This document shows, in pieces, positions 1 to 30,337 of a DNA stretch of 64,000 bases (its first letter is position 1; every line of letters begins with the position of its first letter). Both the position numbers and the translations under genes were made by a program. The stretch comes from Antedon mediterranea. Taxonomy: Eukaryota; Animalia; Echinodermata. Where the stretch lies: NCBI RefSeq assembly GCF_964355755.1, contig NC_092679.1, positions 22,241,432 through 22,305,431 of the forward strand, in the 5' to 3' direction. The notes under the pieces are model-generated. The model was not told the origin of the DNA. It ran no database searches and saw only the letters and a program-made list of their open reading frames with translations.

Positions 1-3000
1 CCATTTAATGTGATGAGCAATAAACGAAAGAGACAAAAATCATATATTTTACATTCGTGTGGCCATACGATGATGTCACAATGTCCGGTTAGCCATATTG
101 ATTAATGATCCGATATCTACAACTCATCACCTTCCAGAATATGTAAGCAAAAAAAAGTTTACCTCGTAGTTTAGAATCTATGATTGTTTAAAAAAAGGCA
201 TAATTTTGACGAATTTTTTAATTTTTTCATTAAAAACACGCACAAATTGTACAATTCGACGTGCTCGTATGACGTAATTTTAAGTCTAAATTGTTTTAAA
301 ATTTGGTAAAATTACTATAAAAGGCTGGAAAAACATAATTCACGGAAAAAAAAGATGTTTTTAGCGCTACGTGCGGACCACGTGTGTAAAATTGTTCGCG
401 CGCGTGGGAATTTTTGACATGCTCAAAATGTCATGATCAGCGTAGAAAGTTGATTAGAAATTAATTTTGCGCATTTTAAATTTTAAATGCGCGTGCGCGC
501 GTAACTTCGTGTAAAACATGCCATTTTTAGTGCACAAAAAGTTAGCGCAAGATATAAATTAAACTTTTGCTAAGTTTCAACATAAATTGTTATTTGGTTT
601 TCAATCTATGTTAAATACGGGAAATTCATAAAATCACGCGTAAGTCACGTTACGCATTTCTGACGTCATTCACAATAGTAGGTGCACAACTTCACGTGAA
701 TGCCCATATGTTGACAAAGTTATGAAATGTTGTGTTTACACATTTTTGATATAAGCGAGACACAAAAATAGAGGAGAAATGCGCGTGCGCGCGTAACGTC
801 TTGTAAAATATGGCATTTTTAATCCACAAAAAGTTTGCCCTTGATATGACTTAAATTTTCAGAAAGTGTCAAAACAAAATTATGCTTGGTTTTTAGCCTA
901 TAATCAATCATAAAAAATCATAAAATCGCACGTAAGTCACGTTGCGCAACTCTGACGTCATTCAAAAATAGGAGGTGCACAACTTCACGTAAATGCCCAT
1001 ATGTTGACAAAGTTATGAAATGTTATGTTTACAAGTTTTTGAGATACGTGAGACACAAAAATGGAGGAGAAAGAAATAAGAAAAAAAAAAAAAAAAAGTA
1101 ACAGGACGATTACAAGGAGTTATCCGCTACTAAGCGGATAACTAAAAAACTAGACATGTAACTCGTCACTTTGACGAGTTAGTTATCCGCATGACAAACG
1201 CCATGTGCACGTCATAGGTTGAAATATTGCACACAGAAAAAGATTATGGCATTATGACCTGAACTGAAGAATATGATATGTTGTTGTTGCTGAATTCTTT
1301 CAGTTTTGTGTCATATAGTATATAGTATAATATGTATACATATTACATACAGTATAGAATACGTGAAATTATGGGACCTGCAATTTATTGCAATTTTTAA
1401 CATATTGACGGTTTTAAAATGAAACACTAAGATAGCAATTTCGGAAGGAAATTATCTCGGCAACAACATATTAATGTGTAGAAGAAATTTAAATACGTAA
1501 AATATTGATGCGCGCTCTTTTAAATGTAATGAATTATGACGCAAAAGATGAAAATACGACTTTTTTTATTTAACTGGCCATATGATGACGTCACAACGTC
1601 CGATTGGCAAAATTTTCACATGATTTCCTATCTACAATCTAATAGCTTCTAGAAAACGTTTTAATCGTGATTATCAAATTTTATTCTTACGAGCTATAAC
1701 AGATTAAAATTTACTGTAAAGATGAAATTAATGCTACACGTAATTTAAATTTTTAGTCACGATGACGTGACAAAAATTTAAAAAAATTTAACTCATGCGA
1801 AATATAGTTGATGGACCTACACAATATTAAAATCGGGGTGAAAATGGAAAACGAATAAGTGGAGAAGCGCTCTATTAAATGTGATGAGCTATGACGAAAG
1901 ATACAAAAATCCTAAATTGTATATTCGCGTGGCCACACGATGACGTCACAATGTCCGGTTAGCCATATTATTACATGATCCGATATCTAAAACTCATCAA
2001 CTTCCAGAAAATGTCATCCACAAAAAGTTGACCGTGCAGTTTAGAAATTACGACTGTTTAAAAAAAGGCATAATTTTGACGAATTTTTGAACTTTTTCAT
2101 CAAAAACGCGCCCAAATTGTCCAATTCAACGTGCTCGTATGACGTAACTTTAAGTCGAAATTGTTTGAAAGTTGGTAAAATTACTAGAAAAGGCTGGAAA
2201 AACCTAAATCACGCGAAAAAATTATGTTTTCAACGCTACGTGCGCACCGCACACGTAAAAATTTGCGCACGCGTGGGAATTTTTGACATGCTTAAAATGA
2301 CATGAAACGCGTAGAAAGTTGATTAGAAATTAATTTTGCGCATTTTGAAATTTTAAATGCGCGTGCGCGCGTAACTTTGTGTAAAACATGCCATTTTTTT
2401 TCCACAGTCAGTTAGCGCAAGATATAATTTAAATTTTTGTTAAGTTTCAATTTAAATTGTTATATGGTTTTTGATCTATGTTAAATACGCAAAATTCGTA
2501 AAAACGCGCGTAAGTCATGTTGCGCAAATCTGACGTCATTCAAAAATAGGAAAGCACAACTTCACGTGAATGCCCATATGTTGACAAAGTTATGAAATGT
2601 TAACTTTACAGGTTTTAGAGATACGCTCTGCACAAAATTGACAGAAAGAAAGAATAATACAGAAAAAAAAAAAAAAAAAAAGATGATGAAACAGGACAGT
2701 TACAAGGAGTTATCCGCCATGAGCGGATAACTAAAAAAAAAAGTAACAGGACGATTACAAGGAGTTATCCGCTACTAAGCGGATAACTAATAATACAGAA
2801 AAAAAAAAAAAATATTGATCCACTACAATCACAAGGAGTTATCCGCTACTAAGCGGATAACTAACTAGACATGAAACTCGTCACTTTGACGAGTTAGTTA
2901 TCCGCACAACGACAAACGCCACGTGCACGCCATACGTTGGAATATTGCACACAGATAAAGATTATGGCATTATGACCTGATCTGAAGAATATGATATGTT

Positions 3001-6000
3001 GTTAGTGCTGAATTCTGTCAATTTTGTATCATATAGTATCAGTATAAACAGTATAATCTGTATACATATTACATACAGTGTAGAATAGGTGAAATTACGG
3101 GACCCGTCATTTATACCATTTTTTAACATGGCGACGGTATCAAAATGAAACACTAAAATAACAATTTCGGAAGGATATTATCTCAGCAACAACATATTAA
3201 CCTGTAGAAGAAATTTGGATACGTGAAATATAGATGCGCGCTCATTTAAATGTGATGAACTATGACGCAAAATATAAAAATACAACTTTTTTTATTCAAC
3301 TGGCCATATGATGACGTCACTACATCTGATTGGCAAAATGTTTACATGAATTCGTATCTACAATCCAATAGCTTCCAGAAAACGTTTTAATCGTGATTAT
3401 CACATTTTATTCTTACGAGCTATAACAGATTAAAATTTACTGTAAAAATGAAATTAATGACCCACGTAATTAAAATTTTTAGGCATGATGACGTCATCAA
3501 AATTAAAATATGTTTAACTCATGCGAAAGATAGTTGATTGACCTAGACAATGTTAAAATCTTGGTGAAAATGGAAAATGGATAAACGTGATGCGCTCCAT
3601 TGAATGTGATGAGCAATAACTAAAGAGACAAAAATCCTATATTTTACATTTGTGTGGCCATATGATGACGTCACAACATCCGTGAAGAAAAAATTCTGCA
3701 TGAATTCATATCTACAACATAACTGCTTTCATATTAAATTAAAAAAATCAGGGGTAACGGTTGATCCTGAGGAGCTATAATAGATTCAAAATAGGCATAA
3801 TTTTGACAATATTTTGTAACTTTTGCAACTACAACGCACGCAAATGGTCTAAATCAACGTGTACGTATGACGTCATTTTAATTTGAAATGATGTTAATCT
3901 TATTAAAAATGACTAGGAAAGGCTGAAAAATCACAATTTAATATAAAAAAACATGATTTTCATGCTGCGTGCGCACCGCACGTGTAAAATTGTTCGCGTG
4001 CGCGGGAAATTTTGACATGCGCAAAATGTCATGAATGGCGTAAAAAGTTGATTAGAAATTAATTTTGCGCATTTTAAAATTTTAAATGCGCGTGCGCGCG
4101 TAACTTCTTGTAAAACATGCCATTTTCAATCAACAGAAAGATTGCCCTTGATATGACTTAAATTTTCAGAAAGTGTAAAAAAAAAATTATGCTTGGTTTT
4201 TAATCTAAGATCAATCATAAAAAATCATAAAATCGCGCGTAAGTCACGTTGCGCAACTCTGACGTCATTCAAAATAGGAGGTGCACAACTTCACATAAAT
4301 GCCCATGTTTTGACAAAGTTATGAAATGTTATGTTTACCCATTTCAGAGAAACGCGCCTCACAAAAAGGAAGGAAAGAAAGAAGAACTAGACATGTAACT
4401 CGTCACTTTGACGAGTTAGTTATCCGCACGACAAACGCCACGCGCACGTCATACGTTGGAATTTTGTACACGGAAAAAGATTATGGCATTATGACCTGAA
4501 CTGAAGAATATCAATGCTGTTAGTGCTGAATTCTGTCAATTTTGTGTCATATAGTATATACAGTGCAAACGGTATAATCTGTATACATGTTACATACAGT
4601 GTAGAATAGGTGAAATTACGGGACCCCCCGTTTATTCTTATTTTTAACTTGGCGACGGTATCACAATGAAACACTAAGATAGCAATTTTGGAAGGACATT
4701 ATCTCAGCAATCACATATTACCGTGTAGAAGAAATTTGAATACGTAAAATATAGATGCGCGCCCTTTTAAATGTGATGAACTATTACGCAAAATATGAAA
4801 ATACGACTTTTATTATTCAACTGGCCATATGATGACATCAGAACGTCGGATTGGAAAAATGTTCACATGAATTCGTATCTACAATCCAATAGCTTCCAGG
4901 AAACATTTTAATCATGATTATCACTTTTTATTCTGACGAGCTATAACAGATTGAAATTTACTGTAAAGATGAAAATAATTGAACCACGTTATTTACGTTT
5001 TTAGACATGATGACGTAATAAAAATTAAAATATTTTTAACTCATGCGAAAGATAGTCGATTGATCTAGACAATATCACAATCGGGGTGAAAATGGAAAAC
5101 GGATAAGTAGAGATGCGCTCTATTAAATGTGATGAGCTACGACGAAAGATACAAAAATCCTATATTTTTGATACGCGTGGCCATACGATGACGTCACAAT
5201 GTCCGGTTAGCCATATTAATACATGATCCGATATCTATAACTCATCAACTTCAAGAATATGTCATCCACAAAAAATTGACCGTCCAGTTTAGAAATTACG
5301 ACTGTTTAAAAAAAGGCATAATTTTGACAAATTTTGACAAATTTGTTAACTTTTTCATCAAAAACTCGCGAAAATTATCCAATTCTACGTGCCCGTATGA
5401 CGTGATTTTAAGTCGAAATTGTTTAAAAGTTTGTAAAATTACTAGAAAAGGCAGGAAAAACATAAATCACGCGAAAAAAAAAGTGTTTTGCGCTACGTGC
5501 GTCCGCTTGCGTAAAAAAATTGCGCGCGCCTGGGAATTTTTGACATGCTTAAAATGACATGAAACGCGTAGAAAGTTGATTAGAAATTGATTTTTCGCAT
5601 TTTGAAATTTTAAACGCGCGTACGCGCGTAACTTCGTGTGAAACATGTCATTTTTTTTACACATAAAGTTAGCGCATGATATAAATTAAACTTATGCTAA
5701 GTTTCATTTGAAATTGTTATATGGTTTTCGATCTATGTTAAATACGCGAAAAACGTAAAAACGTGCGTAAGTCACGTTGCGTAACTCTGACGTCATTCAC
5801 AATAAGAGGGGCACAACTTCACGCGAATGCCCATATGTTGACAAAGTTATGAAATGTTATGTTTACATGTTTTAGAGATACGCTCTGCACAAAAATGACA
5901 GAAAGAAAGAAGAATACAGAAAAAAAAGAAGATGAAACAGGACAGTTACAAGGAGTTATCCGCTGAATGCGGATAACTAACTAGACATGAAACTCGTCAC

Positions 6001-7780
6001 TTTGACGAGTTAGTTATCCGCACCACGACAAACGCCACGTGCACGTCATACGTTGGAATATTGCACACAGATAAAGATTATGGCATTATGACAAGAACTG
6101 AAGAATACGATATGCTGTTAGTGCTGAATTCTGTCAATTTTGTGTCATATAGTATATACATGCAAACACTACAGTAAAATCTGTATACATATTACATACA
6201 GTGTAGAATAGGTGAAATTACGGGACCCGCCATTTATTCCAATTTTTAACATGGCGACGGTATCAAAATGAAACACTTAGATAGCAATTTCAGAAGGAAA
6301 TTATCTTAGGAACAACATATTAACGTGTAGAAGAAATTTGAATACGTAAAATATAGATGCGCACCCTTTTAAATGTGATGAACTATTACGCAAAATATGA
6401 AAATACAACTTTTTTTATTCAACTGGCCATATGATGACGTCACAACATCCGATTGGCAAAATGTTTACATGAATTCATATCTACAATCCAATAGCTTCCA
6501 GAAAACGTTTTAATCGTGATTATCACATTTTATTTTTACGAGCTATTACAGAATAAAATTTACTGTAAAGATGAAATTAATGACCCACGTAATTGAAATT
6601 TTTAGGCATGATGACGTCATAAAAATTAAAATATTTTTAACTCATGCGAAAGATAGTTGATTGACCTAGACAATATCAAAATCGGGGTGAAAATGGAAAA
6701 CGGATAAGCGTGATGCGGTCCATTGAATCTGATAAGCAATAACGAAAGAGACAAAAATCCTATTTTTTATATTCGTGTGGCCATACGATGACGTCATAAC
6801 ATCCGAGAGGTAAAAATTGTGCATGAATTTATATCTACAATTTATCTTCTTGCATAATAAGTTTAAACAAATTGAGGTCACCTTTGATCCTGAAGAGCTA
6901 TAATAGATTCAAAATAGGCATTATTTTGACAATATTTTATAACTTTTTCAACTAAAACGCGCGCAAATGGTCTCAATCAACGTGTTCATATGACGTCATT
7001 TTAATTTGAAATGATGTCAATCTTTTTTAAAATTACTAAGAAAGGCTGTGAAATCATAATTCAAGAGAAAAACACATGTTTTCATGCTCCGTGCGCACCT
7101 TACGCGTAAATTTTTTCGCGCGTGTGGGAATTTTTGACATGCTCAAAATGTCATGATCAGCGTAGAAAGTTGATTAGAAATTAATTTTGCGCATTTTGAA
7201 ATTTTAAATGCGCGTGCGCGCGTAACTTCTTGTAAAACATGCCATTTTTAATCCATAGAAAATTTGCACTTGATATGACTTAAATTTTCACAAAGTGTCA
7301 AAACAAAATTACGCTTGGTTTTTAATCTATGGTCAATCATAAAAAATCATAAAATCGCGCGTAAGTCACGTTGCGCAACTCTGACGTCATTCAAAAATAG
7401 GAGGTGCACAACTTCACGTATATGCCCATATGTTGACAAAGTTATGAAATGTTATGTTTACAAGTTTTTGAGATACGTGAGACACAAAAATGGGGGAGAA
7501 AGAAATAAGAAAAAAAAAAAAAAGTAACAGGACGATTACAAGGAGTTATCCGCTACTAAGCGGATAACTACTAAGCGGATAACTAATAATACAGAAAAAT
7601 ATTGATCCAATACAATCACAAGGAGTTATCCGCTACTAAGCGGATAACTAAAAAAAAGAGAAAAAAAAAAAAAAAGATCCTGACAATAACAAGAGGTTAT
7701 CCGCCAAGTGCGGATAACCAAAAAAAAAAAAAAAAGATCCTGACAATAACAAGAGGTTATCCGCCAAGTGCGGATAACCA
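1..7780 (-). mobile_element. Tandem/nested array of non-autonomous Helentron-associated (HINE/DINE-1-like) rolling-circle elements, ~1.5-1.6 kb units
   Basis: On the + strand, units start with AACTAGACATG(T/A)AACTCGTCActtTGACGAGTTAGTTATCCGC (at ~1148, 2863, 4385, 5979) and end with an A/GAAA tract plus the hairpin AGTTATCCGC-loop-GCGGATAACT. Read on the minus strand this is 5' subTIR plus inverted repeat, microsatellite, internal repeats, 3' subTIR, stem-loop and a CTAGTT end, which is the HINE/DINE-1 layout. No Rep-helicase ORF seen. Confidence 0.8.
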
Positions 7781-7799
7781 ATTAAAATGAGTGGTTTAC

Positions 7800-16378
<8,579 letters not shown>

Positions 16379-16588
16379 TATTAATTACTATAAACAGGAT
16401 TTATGAACTAAAGTTGATTTTAAAGTTTTTCAGAAGTATTGGCAGAGTGTTATGTAATAATAGTATTGCATTTTGATGTTGCAATATCATAATCAAGCAA
16501 AATAAACGAGCGACCAAAGGTTACTTTACAATCTCATGGAGGCAGCCATATTTGGTTATTTTTTGCATGATGGGAAGATAAATACAGG
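16379..16588. promoter_or_regulatory. Compact bidirectional promoter between DHX57 and PEX6
   Basis: Divergent ATGs at 16378 (-) and 16589 (+) with 210 bp between them; YY1-like GCAGCCATATTT at ~16542. Confidence 0.7.
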
Positions 16589-25552
<8,964 letters not shown>

Positions 25553-27450
25553 AAACCATTATTTTACAAGCCTAGTAAACGAACAAGCCAGTAGTGGCGC
25601 AACTGCTGTGGGCGCTCACTGCCTAAACCCCCAAGCTTATGGGTCCCCTGAGCAGGGTCAGAGGGAATAAAAATGCATTGAAATATGTCGTAAAATGCTA
25701 AATAAGCCCAAGGCCTCTTACATCCCCAAACCAGGGGCCTCGGGCCTCTGCGCTATGCCACTGGCAGTCAGTTGGCACATCTGGTGTGTGCTGGCCTCTT
25801 AACATGGATTGTATCATTAGTCTGCAGTAAAAAATGTAGTTACTGCAGTAACATAATTTTGACATAATGATCCCTTACACTATTTTTAATTAAGCTCTAT
25901 TTTCAAAAAAATGTGATGTGTGTATATGGACACGATGATGTATCACTACCATATTTAGGCATATCACTACCATATTTAGGCACCATCACTCTTTTTGTCA
26001 AACTAGTTTGATGTGTAGAGCTTTACAGTAGTCAATCTAGATTTTATATAATCTTCTTGCTGGCAAAACCGACGTCAGTCATACAGTATATATATAAACT
26101 AATTGGATGCAATATATAGTGGGTATTAAAGAAATTTAAATAGTATTATAACACAATGAAATATATTATGTGATTAATACTGTTTAACAGAAAGATTTAT
26201 TGTAGAGTTTAAAATGGTTTATGGTATTTTTATAGCGGTGCTGTTGTATTTTATATTTTAATCAAGGAAATTGGAACAAATATTGAGTTGAAAAAATAGA
26301 GAAACTAGGAATATAGATATGTTTTTAATATTAAGTACTGTAGTACATTAAATTGATTAAGTTTAAATTAAATTTCAGGCAATAAGGTCAAATGCAATCG
26401 TTATACAAATACAGTACAGTAATAATTTCTTTTGCATGATCAATGTTCCAAATAAAACCAGTTTTGGTCCCCACATAGATGCAACGCAGCAGTTAGGATG
26501 ACCCATCGCATCTTCAAAGGTCAAATAACTTACAGTGGGCTCGAATCTGAAAATACTGTTTTAAGATGGTTCTTTTCTGCTCAATAGATAGATGGGTCCC
26601 CACTGATTTTTAGTGCAGCCTGTCTGGAAAATATACATTACCATCTTCCATTAGTTTGTTCAAAACTACTGATAAGATATTGTATATAATTATCAAATAT
26701 GAAATTACTGGTAATAAAATCAATAAATCCAAGTGAATGTATCATTTTCTTTATTAAAGTTTGATTCGATTTATAATAAGCTAAATATTACTAACACATT
26801 ATTTACAGTAGGACAGAAATGTTTTGTACAATTTACTGTAATACAGTACTGTAGTTGCGAACTAAAAAGGAGAAATGTCACGATTTACTATAGCAATGAA
26901 ATTTTAATTTAAGCAACTTTCAGTAATTGCTATTCACACAAGGGCATTCTTCAATCATTGAAGTTTTTAAATTACAGTACAGTTAGTCAATTGAAAATAC
27001 AAATAAAAAAAATCACTTTTTAAAACATTTTAGGCTTCAGAATTGTAATAAGCTTTCTGTTTATTTACAGTTTATTAATTAAAAACCTAACAATGATACA
27101 GTACTGTATCGGATATTTACAATATAATATTTAAAAATTATAAAACCTAATAAAAAAAGTACAGTACTTGGCTGGATTTAAAATTTGGACGCAAATTTTA
27201 ACAGCAGCTCTCTTAAAAGGAATCACAGAGTTACTGTACATATTGGACAATTTTAAAAAGTTAATTATACAGTAATTAATCCAATTTTATTTGGCAGGAG
27301 ATTTCTATTTTATTATACAAAAGCTTTTAAAAGCAAACACAAATTTACCATAGTGTATTTTGCCTCTGTACAATCATGCAAAAGCATTTAAAATAAAATA
27401 TAAAATGTTAGTCAACAATTGCACAAAAAAAAAGGATGGACGGCAATTGA

Positions 27451-28602
27451 TTATGATGGCAGTTTGAATGAATTGCGCTTCTGTAACGAATTGCTAACAG
27501 TCTTGAAACGTTTAGATGCACGGCGCACAAACTGCGAGTTGCTAGCCCTGCGAACACTTCCACGAACATTCAACCCCATACACGATGGCTGTGGTGGCGA
27601 CATCAGCGGCTCAAACATTGCGGAGCTTCTCTTGCGTTTGCGACTTTGTCTCGTGTCCACCTCTGCAGTTCTCACGTTAACACATTTCTCCAAAAGTTGT
27701 TGAGCAAGAGAAGCTGAAGGGCGTGCATTGGGATCGACGTGAAGCAACCGCTTTAAAATCCGACGGAACTCGGCACTGCATCTGCTGTAAAACTTTTTAT
27801 CAAAATTTACGCTTGGGTTTTCGTATCTGAATTTCCCGATCGAGATAGATCCGTACCCAGGGTAGTTAACATACCCAGCAAGAACTTTTGTGTTCGGTAA
27901 AACCTTGTGTTCAGTAAGCGCGTACATGATCAGACCTAAACTGAAAATATCAACTGACGTACAACACCTACGAAGCCAACTTAACTCGGTATCATGCGTT
28001 TCCGGTGATGCATAATACACACGCGCCAAGTCACGCCCATCTTTCTCGCCCGCGTTTTCCTTATCGTCTGTTGTTTCCGATGATGAATCATTCGGTTTAT
28101 CCACCGGTGCCCCACACATTTTCGCAAGACCATAATCTGTCAGTTTTAAAATGGCTGTTCCGGTTTTATCTCGGGTAACGATAATGTTATACGGATTTAG
28201 AAATCCATGGCTATAGCCCTGACTATGCAGGAACACAACACCTCTCATCAAATGCATAAAAAACACTTTATATGCAGTATCAGACATAGCCAAATGACGA
28301 TTCATAATGTAGTCATTTAAAAATTCCCCCTCCACATTCTTATACACTGGACAAAGGAATATTTCAGTGAAGTTTTCACGCCTAACGAGAACGTTTTTCA
28401 GACGAACGATGTGCTCGTTTTTAGGCAGCTGCAGCAGAGTGTTTTTTAGCACATCGCGACTACACTTTGCCTCGTCCTCGTTAGACATACTTATCATTTT
28501 CACAGTCCTAAGCTTGGTTCCTTTCCACGATTGTTCTTGTAATTTATACTCTGCTCCAAAAAATCCATCCCAGAGTTTTTCTTGAATTACAAAAGATTCC
28601 AT
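27451..28602 (-). CDS. Intronless PDIK1L/STK35-family protein kinase-like protein, probable pseudokinase
   Basis: 383-aa uninterrupted ORF with kinase subdomains (GFFG loop, TVKM, FLHSQGYSHGFLNPYNI, LKLTDYGLAKMC, YASPE, DIFSLG, DPNARPSA). Segments such as LNDYIMNR, FMHLMRGVVFLH and LAGYV..ISIGKFRYENP resemble PDIK1L/STK35 as recalled; basic RKRKR near the C-terminus. Confidence 0.8.
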   Translation of the reverse strand: MESFVIQEKLWDGFFGAEYKLQEQSWKGTKLRTVKMISMSNEDEAKCSRDVLKNTLLQLPKNEHIVRLKNVLVRRENFTEIFLCPVYKNVEGEFLNDYIMNRHLAMSDTAYKVFFMHLMRGVVFLHSQGYSHGFLNPYNIIVTRDKTGTAILKLTDYGLAKMCGAPVDKPNDSSSETTDDKENAGEKDGRDLARVYYASPETHDTELSWLRRCCTSVDIFSLGLIMYALTEHKVLPNTKVLAGYVNYPGYGSISIGKFRYENPSVNFDKKFYSRCSAEFRRILKRLLHVDPNARPSASLAQQLLEKCVNVRTAEVDTRQSRKRKRSSAMFEPLMSPPQPSCMGLNVRGSVRRASNSQFVRRASKRFKTVSNSLQKRNSFKLPS

Positions 28603-30337
28603 ATTTGATGTTTTGAACGTTCTTAAATCATTTATTTACCGGTAATTGTGCAGTGCATTTATTCAATTATCAAAAAAAGCTAGGCCTACCGTATTGTCTT
28701 CTTGAAAACCACCGCTTCTACAGGGTTAAATCATGTCGCTTTCAATGATTGGCTCTTCCACACAAAAGATTTTTACCAGCCAGCCAATCATATTATTGTA
28801 TGCAGATGAGAAACTCAACCAAGCGTAACAGTAGTAAACAAGATTATGGATTCAATTCAGAATTTTATAGATAGATAGTAGACTATGTTATGCTGTATAG
28901 CAAGTAAATATAAAACAAAAGTCACACAAATTTGTTGTAAATAACAAGCTTTATTTATACAAATTTGTAAAAATGGTACAATGTACATTAATAATAACAG
29001 TACTATTATATTATTAGTGAATATTGGTCCTATATATTTTTAAATATTGCAGAAAGTTTAAGTAAATATCTCTCAAAAACAATAACATTATTAGTCAATG
29101 TACAAATAAATGAATATGGTATCATATGCAATAGATACAAGAGAGAATATTTAAAAAAAAAAGAAAAAAAGGATAGTTAAAATTTTAAATTAAATTTTAA
29201 TCGTTCTAAAATACTTTATATTTAGGCAAAAAACGCCAAGGATAACCATAAGTGAACGGTCCTACTAAACACCACCAGATACCACCAGAGAGCAGCCACC
29301 TATTTGCAATTGATTATTAATGATATATTACAAATTAGAAACTGATAAAATTGAAGTTAAAGTTCAATTTCTCGCTGTTGCAATTCCAGAATCGAATGCG
29401 TGATCATCATAATAACGAAACAAACGTGTCTCTTGTGTATTGTATTCACCAGTCAACTGTGAGGTTGTGTTTAGTAGGATTAATTCACTATCATTCTTAG
29501 AAGCGGCATCCCTAAGTCCCAATGCTTATATTACAGTACATAGGTTGGATCAAATCCCACTAAATTTAGAAAAATACAATTCAAAATATTAGGTTATTTT
29601 CAACACAAATAGGGATGTCCTGAATAGGGTTGTCCCAAATAAGAGGATGCACTGATCTATGGATATACTATATCATACATTTTTATAAAGACAAAGTAGA
29701 AAATGATGCCAATATAATCATTTATATGAATAGCATGCAAGAGATACTACTACTACTACTACTACTACTTTCAGTTCAAATTTGACCCGAATGGCGTCCG
29801 TTAAAAATTATCTCACACACTTAATATCTAAAGTGGTATAGTACATTTCGAACATTTTCCAAAATAAGGCAGATTATGACGTAATTAATACATTTATTTT
29901 AGATTCATTTTTATATAAACAGCAATATAGCAAAAATCTTTTTAAATGAGAGTTTATTAATTAATCAAACTATATATTTACAGTAGAACACTATTATTAG
30001 TGGCCACTTTTGTAACTCTCCTTTACAAGATTATCCCATGGGATTGGTTGCAGTCAAATCAGGAAAGTGTTCCCTTATGCTTGGTTCCCACTAGAGACGC
30101 AACAATGTAATGCAACATAAGGGATTTGACCAATCACAAGCGATGGATTTATTCGACTGTCGCTTGTCATTGGTCAACTCGCTTACGCTGCGTCTACGTC
30201 CTTGCGTTGCGTCCTTGTGGGAACCAAGCTTTAATAGTGGTGTCCCTGAATAGGGGTTTATTATAGTGTTAAAACATATATTACTCCTTGTTCGTTTATT
30301 GGTAAAGATTCCTATTATTAATAGTCCCCAGAATAGA

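Noticed and set aside
7524-7780. CRISPR-like or Rho-independent-terminator-like stacked hairpins
   Set aside because: Eukaryotic intron, no cas genes, and the spacers are A-tracts plus recurring element ends rather than unique sequences.
2087-7790. Short ORFs inside the element array
   Set aside because: No conserved frame between units and no Rep or helicase motifs; these are chance ORFs in repeats.
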